64,000 nt of DNA from Antedon mediterranea (GCF_964355755.1 NC_092673.1:27153648-27217647), one strand, 5' to 3'. Positions 14,101 to 27,249 are shown, counted from the first letter of the stretch. Made by a program: numbers and translations. The notes: generated by a model from the letters alone, not told the origin.

Positions 14101-15215
14101 GCTTATAGTTCGTGTAATTTATCGTAGAATATCTTATTTTAAACATCAATTGAACAAGAATTTATCAAGCAGAAAAGCAAGTATACAATATTCGTTAAAT
14201 AGAAATGTACCAAAGAAATTTAATAAGCTTGTTAATGGCAGCCGATACCAAATAGTGGTTTTCCGTTTTGGCGACTTGTAGCGTCGTGTGTGAAGCGATC
14301 TTTGACCGCGATGGAGTGTAAACAAAACAGGACCGCTAGGCCTCATATGGCCTAGCGTATATTAGCCTAGCTTGGTTATGATCAAAGGTAGGTGTATTCG
14401 GTGTATGGACGTCGCCAAATACAAAATAATGTATTACGACACACACTGTAGATCTTCGAATTAATGGGTGGGCTTATACCCGAGTGCCTCATTTTTCATG
14501 AAAATTAGTCAAAAGTCGGGGGTGGGCTTATACCCGAGTATGGGCTTATACCCGCGTCAGTACGGTATATATATATTTTTTTTAAACCATATTTAATGAG
14601 GGTGATCCATCCAGCTATTGCTGCAGTCATTAGGGACCCTTCACAAGACAAACATATACACAAGCTGCTCTACATAACAAAGTCTTATTACAAGTCTTTG
14701 GAAGTGGAGAATTTGGTCCTTAGAAAAAATCCTGACATGTGACGGGACTTGAACCCAGGACCCTTGGAGTGGTAGCCAAGCATCATAACCACCAAGCCAC
14801 AACTCCACCCAAACAAAATTTGATAGGATATTCTGGGACCTGTTCACTAGATCGTTGACTGATGCTGCAGTCCTAGAATAAAGCCCATTCTGTTTTCTTA
14901 GAAAAGTTCATATTTATTTTGACTAATTGTAACATTTTATTTCTAGTTTTAAGGTTTAACTAAATTGAGTAATCGGAATATACCTACGTCCAAAAGTGAT
15001 GAAGACCTCTTGCCTGTCATTAGAAACTCGACAAGAATATTTACCACTTTGATCAAAAGATGACATATTAATTCCCAAAATCGATTCATTAGATTCTAAA
15101 ATGGTCTCAATAAAATACCATGTTATTGTATATGCTGTCATATCCAAGTTGCAGCGTAACTCTAATACATCACCCTCAATAAGTTCAAAAGTTTTTGGTT
15201 TGCTAGGCAATGTCA
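8039..15215 (-). CDS. Class I cytokine receptor-like gene (gp130/LIFR/Domeless type): Ig + cytokine-binding module + FN3 + TM; 9 exons, about 409 aa, signal-peptide exon not located; may be truncated or pseudogenised
   Basis: Exons 15215-14988, 13572-13431, 13064-12940, 11887-11733, 11372-11216, 10855-10782, 10014-9891, 8778-8668 and 8151-8039. The eight introns joining them are GT-AG and splice in one open frame. Intron phases across the cytokine-binding module are 1-2-1-0-1, the pattern known for class I cytokine receptors. Confidence 0.85.
8668..8778 (-). CDS. Cytokine receptor-like exon: C-terminal part of the membrane-proximal FN3
   Basis: GLALYNDYIVNITAHNSVGYTTISS..., matching the FN3 L-x4-Y-x-V-x-I-x-A-x-N-x-x-G motif. 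Donor AG|gtaaga. Confidence 0.88.
9525..9824. repeat. 149-bp direct tandem duplication (2 copies), intronic
   Basis: ctttacactaaagacaaac...caattttccatta occurs at 9525 and 9674; the copies look identical. Confidence 0.9.
9891..10014 (-). CDS. Cytokine receptor-like exon: FN3 middle
   Basis: ELPPEKQNGHLLKYKITVFSDDREVDIATTKYNTSLQVEFT resembles the W-x-x-LPP-x-x-x-NG-x-I/L-x-x-Y motif of the first membrane-proximal FN3 of tall receptors. Canonical splice sites. Confidence 0.88.
10782..10855 (-). CDS. Cytokine receptor-like exon: FN3 start
   Basis: KPPEGTVDGNCKRKDGYDVLTCNWE. Phase 1-0, acceptor tttttcaacag, donor GAG|gtatga. Confidence 0.8.
11216..11372 (-). CDS. Cytokine receptor-like exon: second half of CBM domain 2, with degenerate WSxWS (INKWS)
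   Basis: IPCDRSHDDLSEKILDIPTGYKEYEVQVAVRYSREGNINKWSDIVVVMKEET. The YEVQV strand is followed by G-x-INKWS. Phase 0-1. Confidence 0.85.
11733..11887 (-). CDS. Cytokine receptor-like exon: first half of CBM domain 2
   Basis: IMMYPPKNVVGRIENDTLLKVNWDPTKYKIEHVYVVSYKEVYPNMKPPEKNE (PPxNV, LxVxW, YxVxY). Phase 1-0. Confidence 0.88.
12940..13064 (-). CDS. Cytokine receptor-like exon: second half of CBM domain 1
   Basis: NYKKTHNEYIDLAYDHGRMKVQLHVSNALGDHDIAYFAFYS (NALG motif). Phase 2-1, strong donor gtaagt. Confidence 0.83.
13431..13572 (-). CDS. Cytokine receptor-like exon: first half of CBM domain 1
   Basis: RPVAIKNLTCFETNITHFRCTWLPGDLDTNLPNEYLIYYG matches the class I receptor signature P-x-x-x-x-NL(S/T)C-x9-C-x-W-x-x-G...T-x-L-x-x-x-Y. 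Phase 1-2. Confidence 0.9.
13899..14565. mobile_element. Tc1/mariner (pogo/Tc2-like) non-autonomous element
   Basis: TA|CCGTACTGACGCGGG.ATAAGCCCA ... TGGGCTTATACCCGCGTCAGTACGG|TA, with internal repeats of the GGGCTTATACCCG motif. Confidence 0.8.
14580..14812 (-). mobile_element. tRNA-derived SINE
   Basis: On -, A-box-like TGGCTTGGTGG and B-box GGTTCAAGTCC, followed by a body and an A-rich tail. Boundaries approximate. Confidence 0.55.
14988..15215 (-). CDS. Cytokine receptor-like exon: N-terminal Ig-like domain
   Basis: EGDVLELRC...ITWY...DQSGKYSCRVSN is the Ig C-W-DxGxYxC pattern. Symmetric phase 1-1 exon, acceptor ttttcttttacag. Confidence 0.88.
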
Positions 15216-15319
15216 CTGTAAAAGAAAAAATTTGTTCACCTATGTTATAGGTGTACTGGATTCAAAAGTGAAGGTGAAAGAAATGTCATAATCTACATTA
15301 AATGAAATGCTATTCATTA

Positions 15320-15490
15320 AGCATTATACGGTATATTTTGGAATATACCGTATAATAGCCACAAACGATGGGAATATTTATATATACGGTATATTCTTTA
15401 TGAGACCCGTTTCTGCTGCCAAAAAATATACCGTATATAAAATATACCGTATATATACGGTATATTTTTGGCAGCAGAAACGGGGCCATG
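15320..15490. repeat. Palindromic ATACGGTAT/ATACCGTAT motif repeat (same family as 29340-29700)
   Basis: Hairpin ccgtttctgctgccaaaaaatataccg...cggtatatttttggcagcagaaacgg. The same motifs recur near 29.4-29.7 kb. Confidence 0.65.
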
Positions 15491-16801
15491 TATGGATCTC
15501 TCAAAAAAGAACTTATTCCCTAATTTTCAAATCAAATTATAGCAAATAAAGTATATTCTAATCATTCATTTTAGGAACAATTACATTTTTATAATAATAT
15601 GTCCATCCATTTTTTCAACTTCCTTTTATAACCACAGGCTTTGTATATAATTGTTTTGTATAATTTATATAGATTTATATATATAATTTATATAGATTTT
15701 TATTAATTCATTTTTAAAATGTTATCTAAGCATACTACATATATGTACTACGTTCTCAAAATAATGTGTGAAACAGAGACTACTGTACATCTTATCCTTC
15801 TTTTTTTAATTTAAAAAATAAATAATCAAATAAAATCAAATGATCATTGCTAATAATTGATCAGAAAACTAAAAGTATGTGTGAGAATTTCACTGTATGC
15901 ACGTACTGTACGAAAGTACAATTTACAACATTTCTATTGTTTTTTTAAAATTTAGCATCGAAAATCTTAAAATTGATTTAAGTGCATGTGATATTAACAA
16001 CATGATGCAAAACCTTGTGCAATGTACTCAAAATGAAATTCTATGCGTTGATTGGATGCTGAAAAATATAAATTTGGAAATCATTGTGAAACAACAAAAG
16101 AACAAGGGTGTGCTAACCAATGCTTACCGGTATTGTATCAGGAAACATTTAAAAAAAAAACACAAAAACAAAGGAAGAAAATACAGATTTAAAAACAAAG
16201 TAAAAAAACAAGGTAGCCTGAAAACATGCAAGTCTGTGTCTGCAGTAAGGTCTGTCAGCCTGAATTCTGTGCAAGGCTGCAGCCTATTGTGATATGTAGC
16301 TACAAGCTTGGAATTATGTGCAAGTATGCATCCAGAAGACTATTCAAACCTGCAGCCATGTAGAATTCTATCCAAGGCTGCAGCAACATTATTTTGCAGC
16401 GGCAAAAGTCTGCTGACATTTAAATCTTTCAACTCATTAAAATATTTTCCTTATTCAACTCATAAGACATTCATAATTATTTGAACGCTATCAATGCATG
16501 AGACTGTTGTTTACAAAAGTGAAGAATTCCTGTGAAAAAAAAGTCTAAAGCCTGGGCAGTTGGTTCAGGAAAAAGATTCAAAAACATAATCAATTTAATC
16601 ATACAAAAAATTATAAGGAAGTGTTTTATTTTCATAGAAGCGCAAAAAATATTTTTTGTTGACCTTTTTATAACTTAGAGAATGAGTAGGAAAAAATTAA
16701 CTGTAAATATAGCACCAAAATAAATAACAACTTTAAGTTGCTATTATGTGATTAGAACATGTATGGTGTAAACAAAATGCCTCTCCCCTTGGGTAGGCAT
16801 G

Positions 16802-19800
16802 TTAAAACCTATAAAAACAATGGACAAGAAATTGAAGTTAAAGATTAAAAACAAATAAACATGTGTAATAATATTAGGAATTTTGACCGTATTAGTAATT
16901 TGTAATTATTAAAAATTATGGGGTAAGGGGTAACATTTTCGCTAATAACTTTGAATTTATTGAACATATTTTGCATTTCTTGGTAACAATAAGTAGGGTA
17001 CTGTATAAACTGTTTAATCAAAAATTGTTATATTCAAAAATTATGCAACATTTTGATCTCAAATAATAGTGGTTGTGTAGTTTTATTTAAAGCCTGTAGA
17101 CAAAATTTTAGTATTTAGTGTTGTTGTGGGGTACACAATGCACACATTATGCATGACTTGTTGGAGGGTATAAATTATTGAAAAAAAAATTAATGATTTT
17201 GTTTTAATATGATAGGAGTTTTATAAAAACATATATTTCATCGTGAAATTACAGGGTGGATAAACTATTTTATAATTTATCGTGATTATAAACTAAGTCT
17301 CACTTAAGGCTTAAGGAGTGGAGTTGAAAGAGTCGTGAGTTACAAGCCTGGCACTAGGTCAGGATTGAACCACGGAACTTGGGATTGGAAGGCAAGCATG
17401 TTAACCACCAAGCTACAGCTCCACTACTTTAGATAGGGTATTTGGTTATTTTTTAAATACATCCTACGGCTCGCTACTGTTTTTAGGCTATACTGTATAT
17501 GTAAATTGTTATTATTTTACAGATTGTACTTTAAATCAATTAATCGACTTATATAGCAATTTTAAAAATGACACTAGGGCCTACCAATTAAATTTGTACA
17601 GTATTTAAAAGATATTCTTTTTCTATAAATGTTCATCTGACATTTTCCTGTATCTTGGTTTACAAAAATGAACTCCGTAACAATATGTAAATGTTTCAGA
17701 TCTGCATATCAGCTGCAGTTTAGCAATTCACACTTTCTCGAAAAATTAATTCTATTATATTACATCGTCAAATTCCAGTAAAGGAATATAATAGAGATAC
17801 TCAGTTCTTTCAAACGTATGTGGAAGATGTGGAACTGCAGCTAATATGAAAATCTAAAAAATTGACATATTAATGAGTTTGAATAAACTAACTGTTTTCT
17901 TTAAATCAAGATGAAGTAAAATGTAATTGTCCTGTAATATTACAATACCATAACAGTTTTGTTTAGAAAAAACTATCTCATTTGCATTTGCAAACCAGAT
18001 GAACAATTATAACCTTAGAATATCTTATCAGTTACAAATAAAAGATATAATTGGTAATCTAAACAATTTCTATGATTACTATAGACAATTGAATGTTTAG
18101 AATGTAAATTATAAAAAACAATTTACAACACAGAAGCTGGATATGTTTATTTAATATCCTCATATTTAAATTTCATTTATTTTAATTAATAATAAATCAA
18201 ATAATGTATAGCTTCCAAAAAGTCATGCATTTTGTTATTTCGTACCCCATAACAATACTAAACGGTGAATTTTTTCCTATAGGTTTAATATGTTAAAAAC
18301 CACATAAATCTATTGGTAATAACATTTTGATAATTTTTTAATATATAGCAATTAAACAGTTTATATACTACTTATTGGTTCCTAGAAATGCAAAATATGT
18401 AGACTAAATTCAAAGTTATTACCAAAAATGTTACCCCTTACCCCATAATTTTTAATAATTACAAATTACTATTACGGTCACAATTCCTAATATTATTACA
18501 CATGTTTATTTGTTTTTAATCTTTAACTTCAATTTCTTGTCCATTGTTTTTATAGGTTTTAAAAAAAATTTAGATTTGGTGTATTTTTGCGTTAAATATT
18601 GAAACTTTATTAATGTTAAATTTGGACGAAATTGCATTTCTTTAAATGTTCAATGACCATTTGACCTACAATGATGTCAATATATGTTACGTTTTATTTT
18701 TTCACAATGATAACAATTAGGCAACCTACGCAGTACATATTAATACCAAAAATATGCAAATGTGATCACTAAATACAAAGTTATTAGGAAAAATGTAACC
18801 CCTTACCCTATAATTGTTAATAATAATACTATTAACAGACAGAATGTCCTCATAAATTCACAGAATATTTGTTTGTTAAATTCAATTTTCTTATTTATTG
18901 TGTCTATAGGTTTAAGAAAACATTAGTTTGCATAAGATATCTTGTATTTTTGTGTTTAAAATTGAAATTTATAAGCTAATTTAGAAGAAATTGCATTTTT
19001 GATTAAAGGTTATTGACCTTTGACCTCTAAAAGACATCAATAGATGTTCGATTCATTTTTTAAAAGCATATTACAATAAAGAAATCCATACACTACATAC
19101 TGATAACAAGAAAATGTAAATCTGTTCACTAAATCTTAAGTTATTTGCAAAAACGTTACCCCCTACCCCATTATTGTCAAAGATAACTAATGACGAACAA
19201 GTTTTGTTATAATGCACAGCATATTCAATTTAGAAAAAATGTTAAATTCAATTTTCTTATTTATTGTGTCTATAGGTTTAAGAAAACATTAGTTTGCATA
19301 AGATTTCCTGTATTTTTGTGTTTAAAATTGAAATTTATAAGCTAATTTAGAAGAAATTGCATTTTTTATTAAAGGTCAGTGACCTTTTGACCTCTAAAGA
19401 TGTCAATAAATGCGGGATTCATTTTTAAAAAGTATATTACAATTAGGCAATCTATACACTACATACTGATAGCAAGAAAATGCAAATCTGTTAACTAAAT
19501 TGTAAGTTATTCGCAAAAATGTTACCCCCTACCCCATAATTGTAAACGATTACAAATTACTAAAACAACAAATTTCTTCATAATACACAGCATATTCATA
19601 TTTTGTTAATCTTTAACTTCAATTTTCTTCTTTATTGGGTCTATATGTTCATGAAAACATCAGTTTGCATAACATCTATTGTATTTTTTTGTGTAAAAAA
19701 CTGAAAGTTATAAGTTAATATTAGACAAAAAATCATTTTTTACTAAAGTTCAATGACCTTCTGATCTCTAATGGCGTCAATAATTGTTGGATTTACTTAG

Positions 19801-20100
19801 AAAAATATATTACACTTAAGCAGTCTATACACTACATATTGATACCAAGAAAATGCAAATCTGTTCATTAAATCCCGAGTTATTAGCAAAAGTGTTACCC
19901 CCTACCCCAAAATTTTGTGGTGCATATTTTCCGTAGGCGGTGTTATATAATCCTAAAAAATTACTATTAAGCTGTACAATTGGCATTGCTATCATGGATT
20001 TCTGAAAAGTAGACATATTAAGCTTTCCAAAAATGTATGGTAGCATTTGCCACCAATTTGATACTGCTTTCGCAAAAAACTGGACCTGGCCCATGGACTA
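16802..20100. repeat. Degenerate ~360-bp tandem array (units near 18430, 18795, 19155, 19520, 19895) with an inverted copy at 16802-17110; probably the sub-terminal region of a DNA transposon
   Basis: Recurring aaatgttacccc(t/c)tacccca...tgacctttgacctcta module. 16802-16960 is the near-exact reverse complement of 18404-18562. Confidence 0.7.
17345..17428 (-). mobile_element. tRNA-related SINE head fragment
   Basis: On -, tagcttgtggttaa (A-box-like) and ggttcaatcc (B-box-like). Confidence 0.4.
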
Positions 20101-23046
20101 TGGTGGATTTTTCGTCCAGATGGTTTTCTAATTTTTTATAGCCAGAGGCGTAAGTTAATTGCCACACGCGACCTCACAGTTGGAAGTACACGGTAGTTTC
20201 AGTCCCGTCCGAGATGGATCTATTGTCAATTTTTACTATTCAGAACACCAAGGCTAGCCAAAATAATTGGTTTTTTTTTCTGGTGTTGGAAGAGTTTCTG
20301 GTTTTCAGAATCTGAATAAGACAACTAAACATGAATAAGCAAAACACTCAATCAATACATAATTCAAAACACCAAGCCTTCTATAAAAAAACTAGGCCTT
20401 CATTATTTATTCAATTTTTTGATTACAATACTCTTTTGACACTAATAATAATAATGTAGTTTTTAGTGGTAAATATTCACATTTTTTAGTGTAATATTAA
20501 TTCTCTGAAGCAGGTCAAATTTTGCTAATAATAAAATATTTTTACCCATATTTTTGTCAAATTCTAGCAATAGAACAAGTCATTTAGCAACAGAACATTA
20601 AGACTCCGTGTGTAAAAGAGAAACAGATTGTTACTGTGAGGCTAAGAAAAACATCACACAATAATTCTGAACAATGTATTCAATTACAGATTTCTGAAGC
20701 GCACAACATATTAACAAATTAAGGAATATGTAATTGGGTTAATTGCACAAGTGCAGCTAACCTTGATAATACAAACTTTTCAGATCTTACTTTTTTAATA
20801 TTTCATACTCATCCAACAGCGAGCACAAACTCGCCAATTACAGGATGGACAAACTATTTTATAATTTAACTTAGGCTACTTGCCTAATTGTTGTCATTTG
20901 AGGGTGCTGTGTCATGGAAACACCATTAATGGATAGGGGAGCATCCTTAGAAATGTTATTCTATAGTGTCAGCCTATAATAAATATATACAGTACTACAA
21001 TAAAATTACATTTGTTTCATGGTGAAATTTTATGCAAATATTACACTTGCTCATTGTAGGAAGAGTGAGTTAATTCATAGAAATCATAGTGAACTGTGAT
21101 AAATGATCAATTATTATTCCAGCATTCTCATAACAGAATTTAAAATGGTGTTAAAAACATTTAAAAAAAAGAAAATGTTGATGTAGGCCAACTATAGCCA
21201 TGTTAAATTTCTAGAGCAATCAGACAATACACTTTATCAAAGGAATTGGTAAAGAACCCCAAAAACATAATGACATTTTTTATATTTATTTCTTTTTATA
21301 TTTATAGATACGTATTTATTATATTATCACCTACTGTGGGGTTTGGTACCTCACTTTGTCCTAAAATCTGTATTCAAAACAATTTTAGAATAATGGTAAG
21401 AATGCCATTTCAAAAGAATTGTCATGTGACGACGTACATGGAACTAGCATTTCAATTAATTGAAATGGCCTAATTTTACAATAGTTATTAAGATCAATTT
21501 GCTAAAATGGTTTTTGGAAATCTATTGCTGAAATTAAATTGAAGTCTTTAATATGGGTTTTTTTTGTTTTTTCATTTCTTACAATTTCAGATAAAGAACA
21601 GATGGAGTCAACAAAGTGATCCATTTTCATAATAATTAATTAAAATAAAATAAAACTTAATTTATATGATTATTGAATATTGATGATTTTTTGGTGAATT
21701 TATTTTTCATGAAACATGTACGTATGGAGAATTATTTATAGCTTATTGTGAACACTGAAGATTTAATTGAACACAATTTCTAAATAGATATAAAAATCGT
21801 ATAATGTATTTTCTTATAGGAACATAATGTGTATGCATTTTATTTTAAATGTTATTAAATAAAGTATACTAAAATTACCATTATGATAAATAATTATATT
21901 ATTCTCATTATACCATGTGTTTTGTTATTTGTTTCATGTATTTCTTTGTGAGAGCTTCTCGACTATTATACATTTATAAGTAATTTTTCTTCATTAATCT
22001 ATCATGTTCTGTTTTGATGCTGTGTAGCAAATTCAATTAAATTTATATTTATTTAGCATGGTTCTTAACATTTTTTGTATTTGTGAGACAAAAAATGATG
22101 AACAAACATAAATACATAAACAGTTTATATAAATGTTATCACAATAAGCAGAAGAAGGGAATTAGATAATTTTGGATTTATAAAAGTCTAGTAAAAACCT
22201 GCTCAAGGTTGAATAAAAACTTGCTTGTTGAAAATGTATGCAGCATTTTGTTTTTGTAAATCGTTAAAGTTAAGAGTAAATAACTTAATGCAATAGGAAG
22301 ACACACATACTACTTTGTGACAATTATGCTGCAGAACATTAATCTATTAAAATTTTCACCCGAAGACTTTTACTAAATCAAATCAACATTGGATGATCCG
22401 TCACTATGAAACTCATAAGCGCAGAATAAAAACCGCTATACGCCTAGAGAATTTGCAGATTTTTTTTTTTCGCAAGTTGCGAAATTATTTTCTGAACTTA
22501 AAGACACTAAATCTATGTTTTTTACCTAATTTAAGGTTACCCACTACATTTTATGTAAAAATAATTACCATATGGACCTATTGCAATATTTTTTTTCCTT
22601 TTTAAAAGGTTACAAATTTGAAAATTAAGTCGATTCTAATAGTGGCCCGCTATAAATCCCAACATGCACCACGCACGGATTGATATTTTCATATTGTGAT
22701 GTGATGCACCCACTTCGATCAATCGTGTAAAAGGGTAAACAAATAAAAGAACCGTAACTTTTCAGCTAAAATACCAGATCTTGCCAAATTTGTATTAATG
22801 GAATCTGCCAAAAAAGGAAAGACAATTAATTCAGCAACGTCAGGCTAGGCCTATAGTCAAAATAATACCTGAGGACACTTCCAACACACCAACAGCAACC
22901 GGGAATCCACAAAATTTTAGGATTCAGCCAAGTAGCCTTTTTTGTAATTAAAATCTCATTACACGGAATCTCTTCGATGTTATACAACACACTTCTTGTA
23001 GGCGTGTTGAATATGCGTGTAATAGCGTGTTGTATAAACGGGGCCT

Positions 23047-24515
23047 TATGGAATTAGAGGTATTTCATTGAATTGGTTTAATAGTTATTTGAAAGATAGA
23101 AAACAATATGTTGCATAAGGATCTTGTACATCGTCGACGATGGATATTACTTGCGGAGTGCCACAGGGATCTGTGCTTGGGCCATTGCTCTTCCTTATTT
23201 ATGTTAATGATCTGGCTAATGTCAGTAACAAATTGCAAGTAATATCCTTCGCCTTTTGTGACTGGTTTATTTCAAACAAATTACTTATTAATACTCTTAA
23301 AACAAATTATTTAATTTTTCACAATTCTCAACGTAAACTAAAAGTTGATGACCTAAATATACTTCTTGACGGAATTCAAATTGAACGCAAAACTGAAACA
23401 CTTTTTTTAGGTGTATATATTCATGAAAACCTCAAATGGACCAGTCATCAAAATTACGTTTCGAAAAAAATATCAAGATCTATTAGTATTATTAACAGAC
23501 TTAAGCATTTCTTCCCTCTAAATATTTTAATTTCTCTTTATAACACACTTGTACTTCCTTATTTCCAGTATTGTAACATTATTTGGGCTGCAGATTACTC
23601 TTCTAATATTGCTAGATTAACTAAATTACAAAAACGTGCAGCTAGAATTATTACTTTTTCACCATATAGAACCTCATCTGAACCCCTTTTTAAACGTCTT
23701 GGTATATTAAAATTAACGGATATCCACAATGTTCAAGTTGCCAGTTTTATGCTTAATTATTTTAAAAACCAACTTCCTATTTCTATGATTGATATGCTCT
23801 GTAAACGTACCAAATTTCACAATTACAATTTAAGAACTTCTCATGTAAACATTCCTTTTGCTAGACTTACTAAAACTAAATTTTTTATAACTATATCAGG
23901 TCCTAATTTGTGGAATCATATCCCACCAAATATCAAAACGTCAATATCATTATTTACTTTCCGAAAAAAGTTAAAGAATCATTATATATCTAAATATTAT
24001 ACTGCTTAGTTAATATGCTTATTATCATTATTTATACTCATATACTATTTATGTCTTACACAAAATATTAGTTGTTGTTTATTATTGCAATCTTTAATCT
24101 ATACTATATATAATGTATATATAGTATATACTATATATATACTGGAATTATAATTTATGTATACATATTTTTTTTTTCATTTACCAATATCGGTAGTTAT
24201 TTCATTTATAATTATCATGAAACTATTGAAATATAATTTAAATAATTTTTATAAAGAAGATGTTAGTTATGTTATTATACTGTAATTTTTTATCCTAAAT
24301 TATATAATTATATATTCTAGGTTATTTTTATTTTTTTAGTAATGTGTTTTGTTGTGGGTCCCTACGAGACAAGTTTTTAACTTCTAGAAGGGATCCATGA
24401 TAATAATGACTACCAATTACTGCTTTATCTATGTTCACTTTATTATCTTTTTTCTATTTTGTATATATTCATTCATTATTATCTAAATAAATATTATCTA
24501 AAAATAAAAATAAAA
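23047..24515 (+). mobile_element. 5'-truncated, inactivated CR1/L2-group LINE (RT C-terminal half and 3' UTR)
   Basis: YGIRGISLNWFNSYLKDRKQYVA* then GVPQGSVLGPLLFLIYVNDL, FLGVYIHENLKW and LQKRAARII. Premature stop and deletion of the catalytic FADD segment. 3' stem-loop near 24355-24397 and an A-rich tail. Confidence 0.9.
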
Positions 24516-25680
24516 CCGATTTTTATATTATACAATTTGTTTGATAAAAATTATGCATTACATACTAAGATACTATAAATTGATTTATACCAGGTACATA
24601 TAAACATTCACATTGTCTTCTTATATGGCATTTTGCCAAGTAGCCTATATTACTTGCTTTGTATGTTTCATTGGATAATAAATTCTCCACAATATTTCAA
24701 GTAATTGTTTATTTTTAGAAATATAGAAAGACAGACCATGCCTATTGATTTTCAAGAAGCAAACATATTTGGCACATTTGGCAATATGACCCCACTCTAT
24801 GACTCCACTCCTATCCCCAACCCCTCAAAGTGCGTAAACATTCTGGAATGTTTTAGGACAAGATTTCTTCGATTTTTAGGTTGCTTTGCTAGGCATGATA
24901 AACAAAATATTTTAAAGTTTTAAAGCGCTTTGAAAAAAAAATAAAATTTTGGTTTAATTATATAAAGATTGACAATAATTGTGAAATGGCGTGAGATATT
25001 AGGTGTGTGGCATAAGAAGTCAAGAAGCTTGAGCCTCACGCCAGATTTGAGAAACTTGATGTGTGTGTGTGCTTTTTTGTAATTCTCACATTCTCTATAC
25101 ATAAACTCAACTACTGTATGTTAGTTACACCAAGGAATTTTCTCATATCATAGGTCACTGTAATTGCCATATTTATTTGCTATTAAGCATGTATTTAATG
25201 TGATGAAATTAATAAATAACTTTAAGTATAGAATATCAAATAATCTACAACCCTACCTGCTGACAAAAGTAATAACTAACAGTTTTGATGTTCATAAAAG
25301 TCAGCTTATCAGGCTTATAGTGAAAAATATCGCGGTAATTTAATATGAAAATTATATTAACTGTAAGAAACATCTATCAAATAAATCAACTAAATAGAAT
25401 TAAATTTTCCAAGAAATTTATTAAAACGATTTATCTGTTGGCTGTGAAGAGGGGGTGCTAGAGGCCCAGGAGAAAAGAGAAAAGAAGATCAGATGTCTTA
25501 AACTGGGTATTTTAAATTTGTTAGCATTTATTACCGACTATTACCGACGTATTCTTCTATATATTTTTATGATGAAATCTTCAACCCAAATGTAGGGTAA
25601 TGAAATTCAAACTACTATAAATTCATAATTCTTCAATTAGTTATTGTAGTTTGTATAATTGAAAGTAAGTAATATACTTA

Positions 25681-25796
25681 ACAAGGCCATATACATGGCT
25701 GCAGTCGCGTGCTCAAATTTGAGTTAGTGTTTACCGACCAACTGACTGACCAACCGACCGACATAGTGAGCAATAGACTCGTGTTTGTACGCTACT
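25681..25796 (-). mobile_element. Miniature HINE/Helentron-like element of a second family
   Basis: ACAAG end, gccat-atac-atggc hairpin, sub-terminal agtcgcgt, (GACC/GACT)n microsatellite core, degenerate terminal hairpin gactcgtgt..acgctact|aa. Confidence 0.45.
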
Positions 25797-27249
25797 AATA
25801 ATTGAATCATGGCCCTGGTGCAACAATCAGGAGCTTTCGATCTGTGAAAATATGTCATGTTAGTTAATTTTGTGCGCATGCGGAAATATTGGGGAAATGT
25901 TTCCTCTATCTCCACCTTGACACAACTTTGATATGTTTTCTAGGTCCAGACGACCGACGATACATCAATTGACCTGACCTAGGTTGGTCATCGGTCCTCG
26001 GTCGTTGCAAATCGAAAGTTTTCTATTAACTCCAGTACTAAGTGTAGCTGAGTTAGCTTGGGTAGTTGACCAAGTGAAATGAAAGGTTTTACATTGGACA
26101 TATTCTGGTCAAACTTGCTGGCCACTCAGTTAGTTATAAAGTCCAGTGCGCATAATGCAATGGTAATTGAACATATCCAATGATGCAGTGTACCATCTTC
26201 CCTACATTTTTAATCATCTTCTTAATATATTTATAAGCGAAAATACCCATATATAGAAATCATCCCTAATTGACGATAACACACACTCAAACACAGGCTG
26301 TACTGTAATCATTAAGTCAGAAATTTAAATTTCCATATTTTTCAACCAAATATGATTAAAGTGGAAACATGCTAAAATCCAATTGTAAAATGGTAAACCA
26401 ATTCCATTAGGTAAACTAATGTTGAATCTGTAAAGAACAGAATAACTACCCTGGGAATTATCCAGGGACTTATGCAACATAGAGTGTTTGGGATAGGCTA
26501 AGAAACATTATTTAATCATGGTAAAATGTGTTTTTTGCATCTCCGTAAATTTAAGATATTAATAATTCAACTGATACTGTCTTATCCAATTATATGTTTG
26601 ATTATTGTATTAATACACTGGAAAATAATTGTCATCTTAAACCTTGGTCATCCATATAAATGGTCACGTTTCTTTAAAAAACCTTATACTAGGACGATAA
26701 CGAACGACGATAAGATAAAATAATCATTCATTTTTGTCTAAAGAAAACAAGAAATGTTTTCATCCCAGAACTATTATGAATAACCATTTCTTACTGTCTT
26801 TGAAGAAAACAACGATACAATGATTAAATTTGATTCAAGTGGCTGTAGGAGTAATTTTTTAGGCAGCAGCAGAAACAGAGTGCAAAATGTAATTCCAGTC
26901 AAGTGAAATTTGCTTAAGAACACTCACTTAATTGAGTGTTATCAGTACAGTTATCAACGTACAATTTTTAGCTGCAATGCAAAATATTGATTATTTTGAT
27001 TGACAGTCCTCATTTTTCTTCCAAGACCTCATATTGAATACATTTTTAAAAATGCAGTCCGTTGTTAAATATGTAATTTAACTTGAAATAAAACTGATAT
27101 TCTGAGTTATTGACAGAAACACACCCAAACTGTTATCAAACAAAGATAACAATAATCCATAAATTTGAACAACAAAGGAAAACCTATCTTGTCGGCAGAA
27201 AGAAAGCATCTAAGAAATAGTATTGTTGTGTATAGGTTTTATAGTACTA

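Noticed and set aside
15897-16292. 131-aa ORF as a gene
   Set aside because: Low-complexity A-rich translation, antisense to the receptor's upstream intron, no recognisable domain.
25257-25360. Signal-peptide exon of the receptor (AG/GT-bounded on -)
   Set aside because: No frame gives a convincing Met-initiated hydrophobic leader ending in phase 1.
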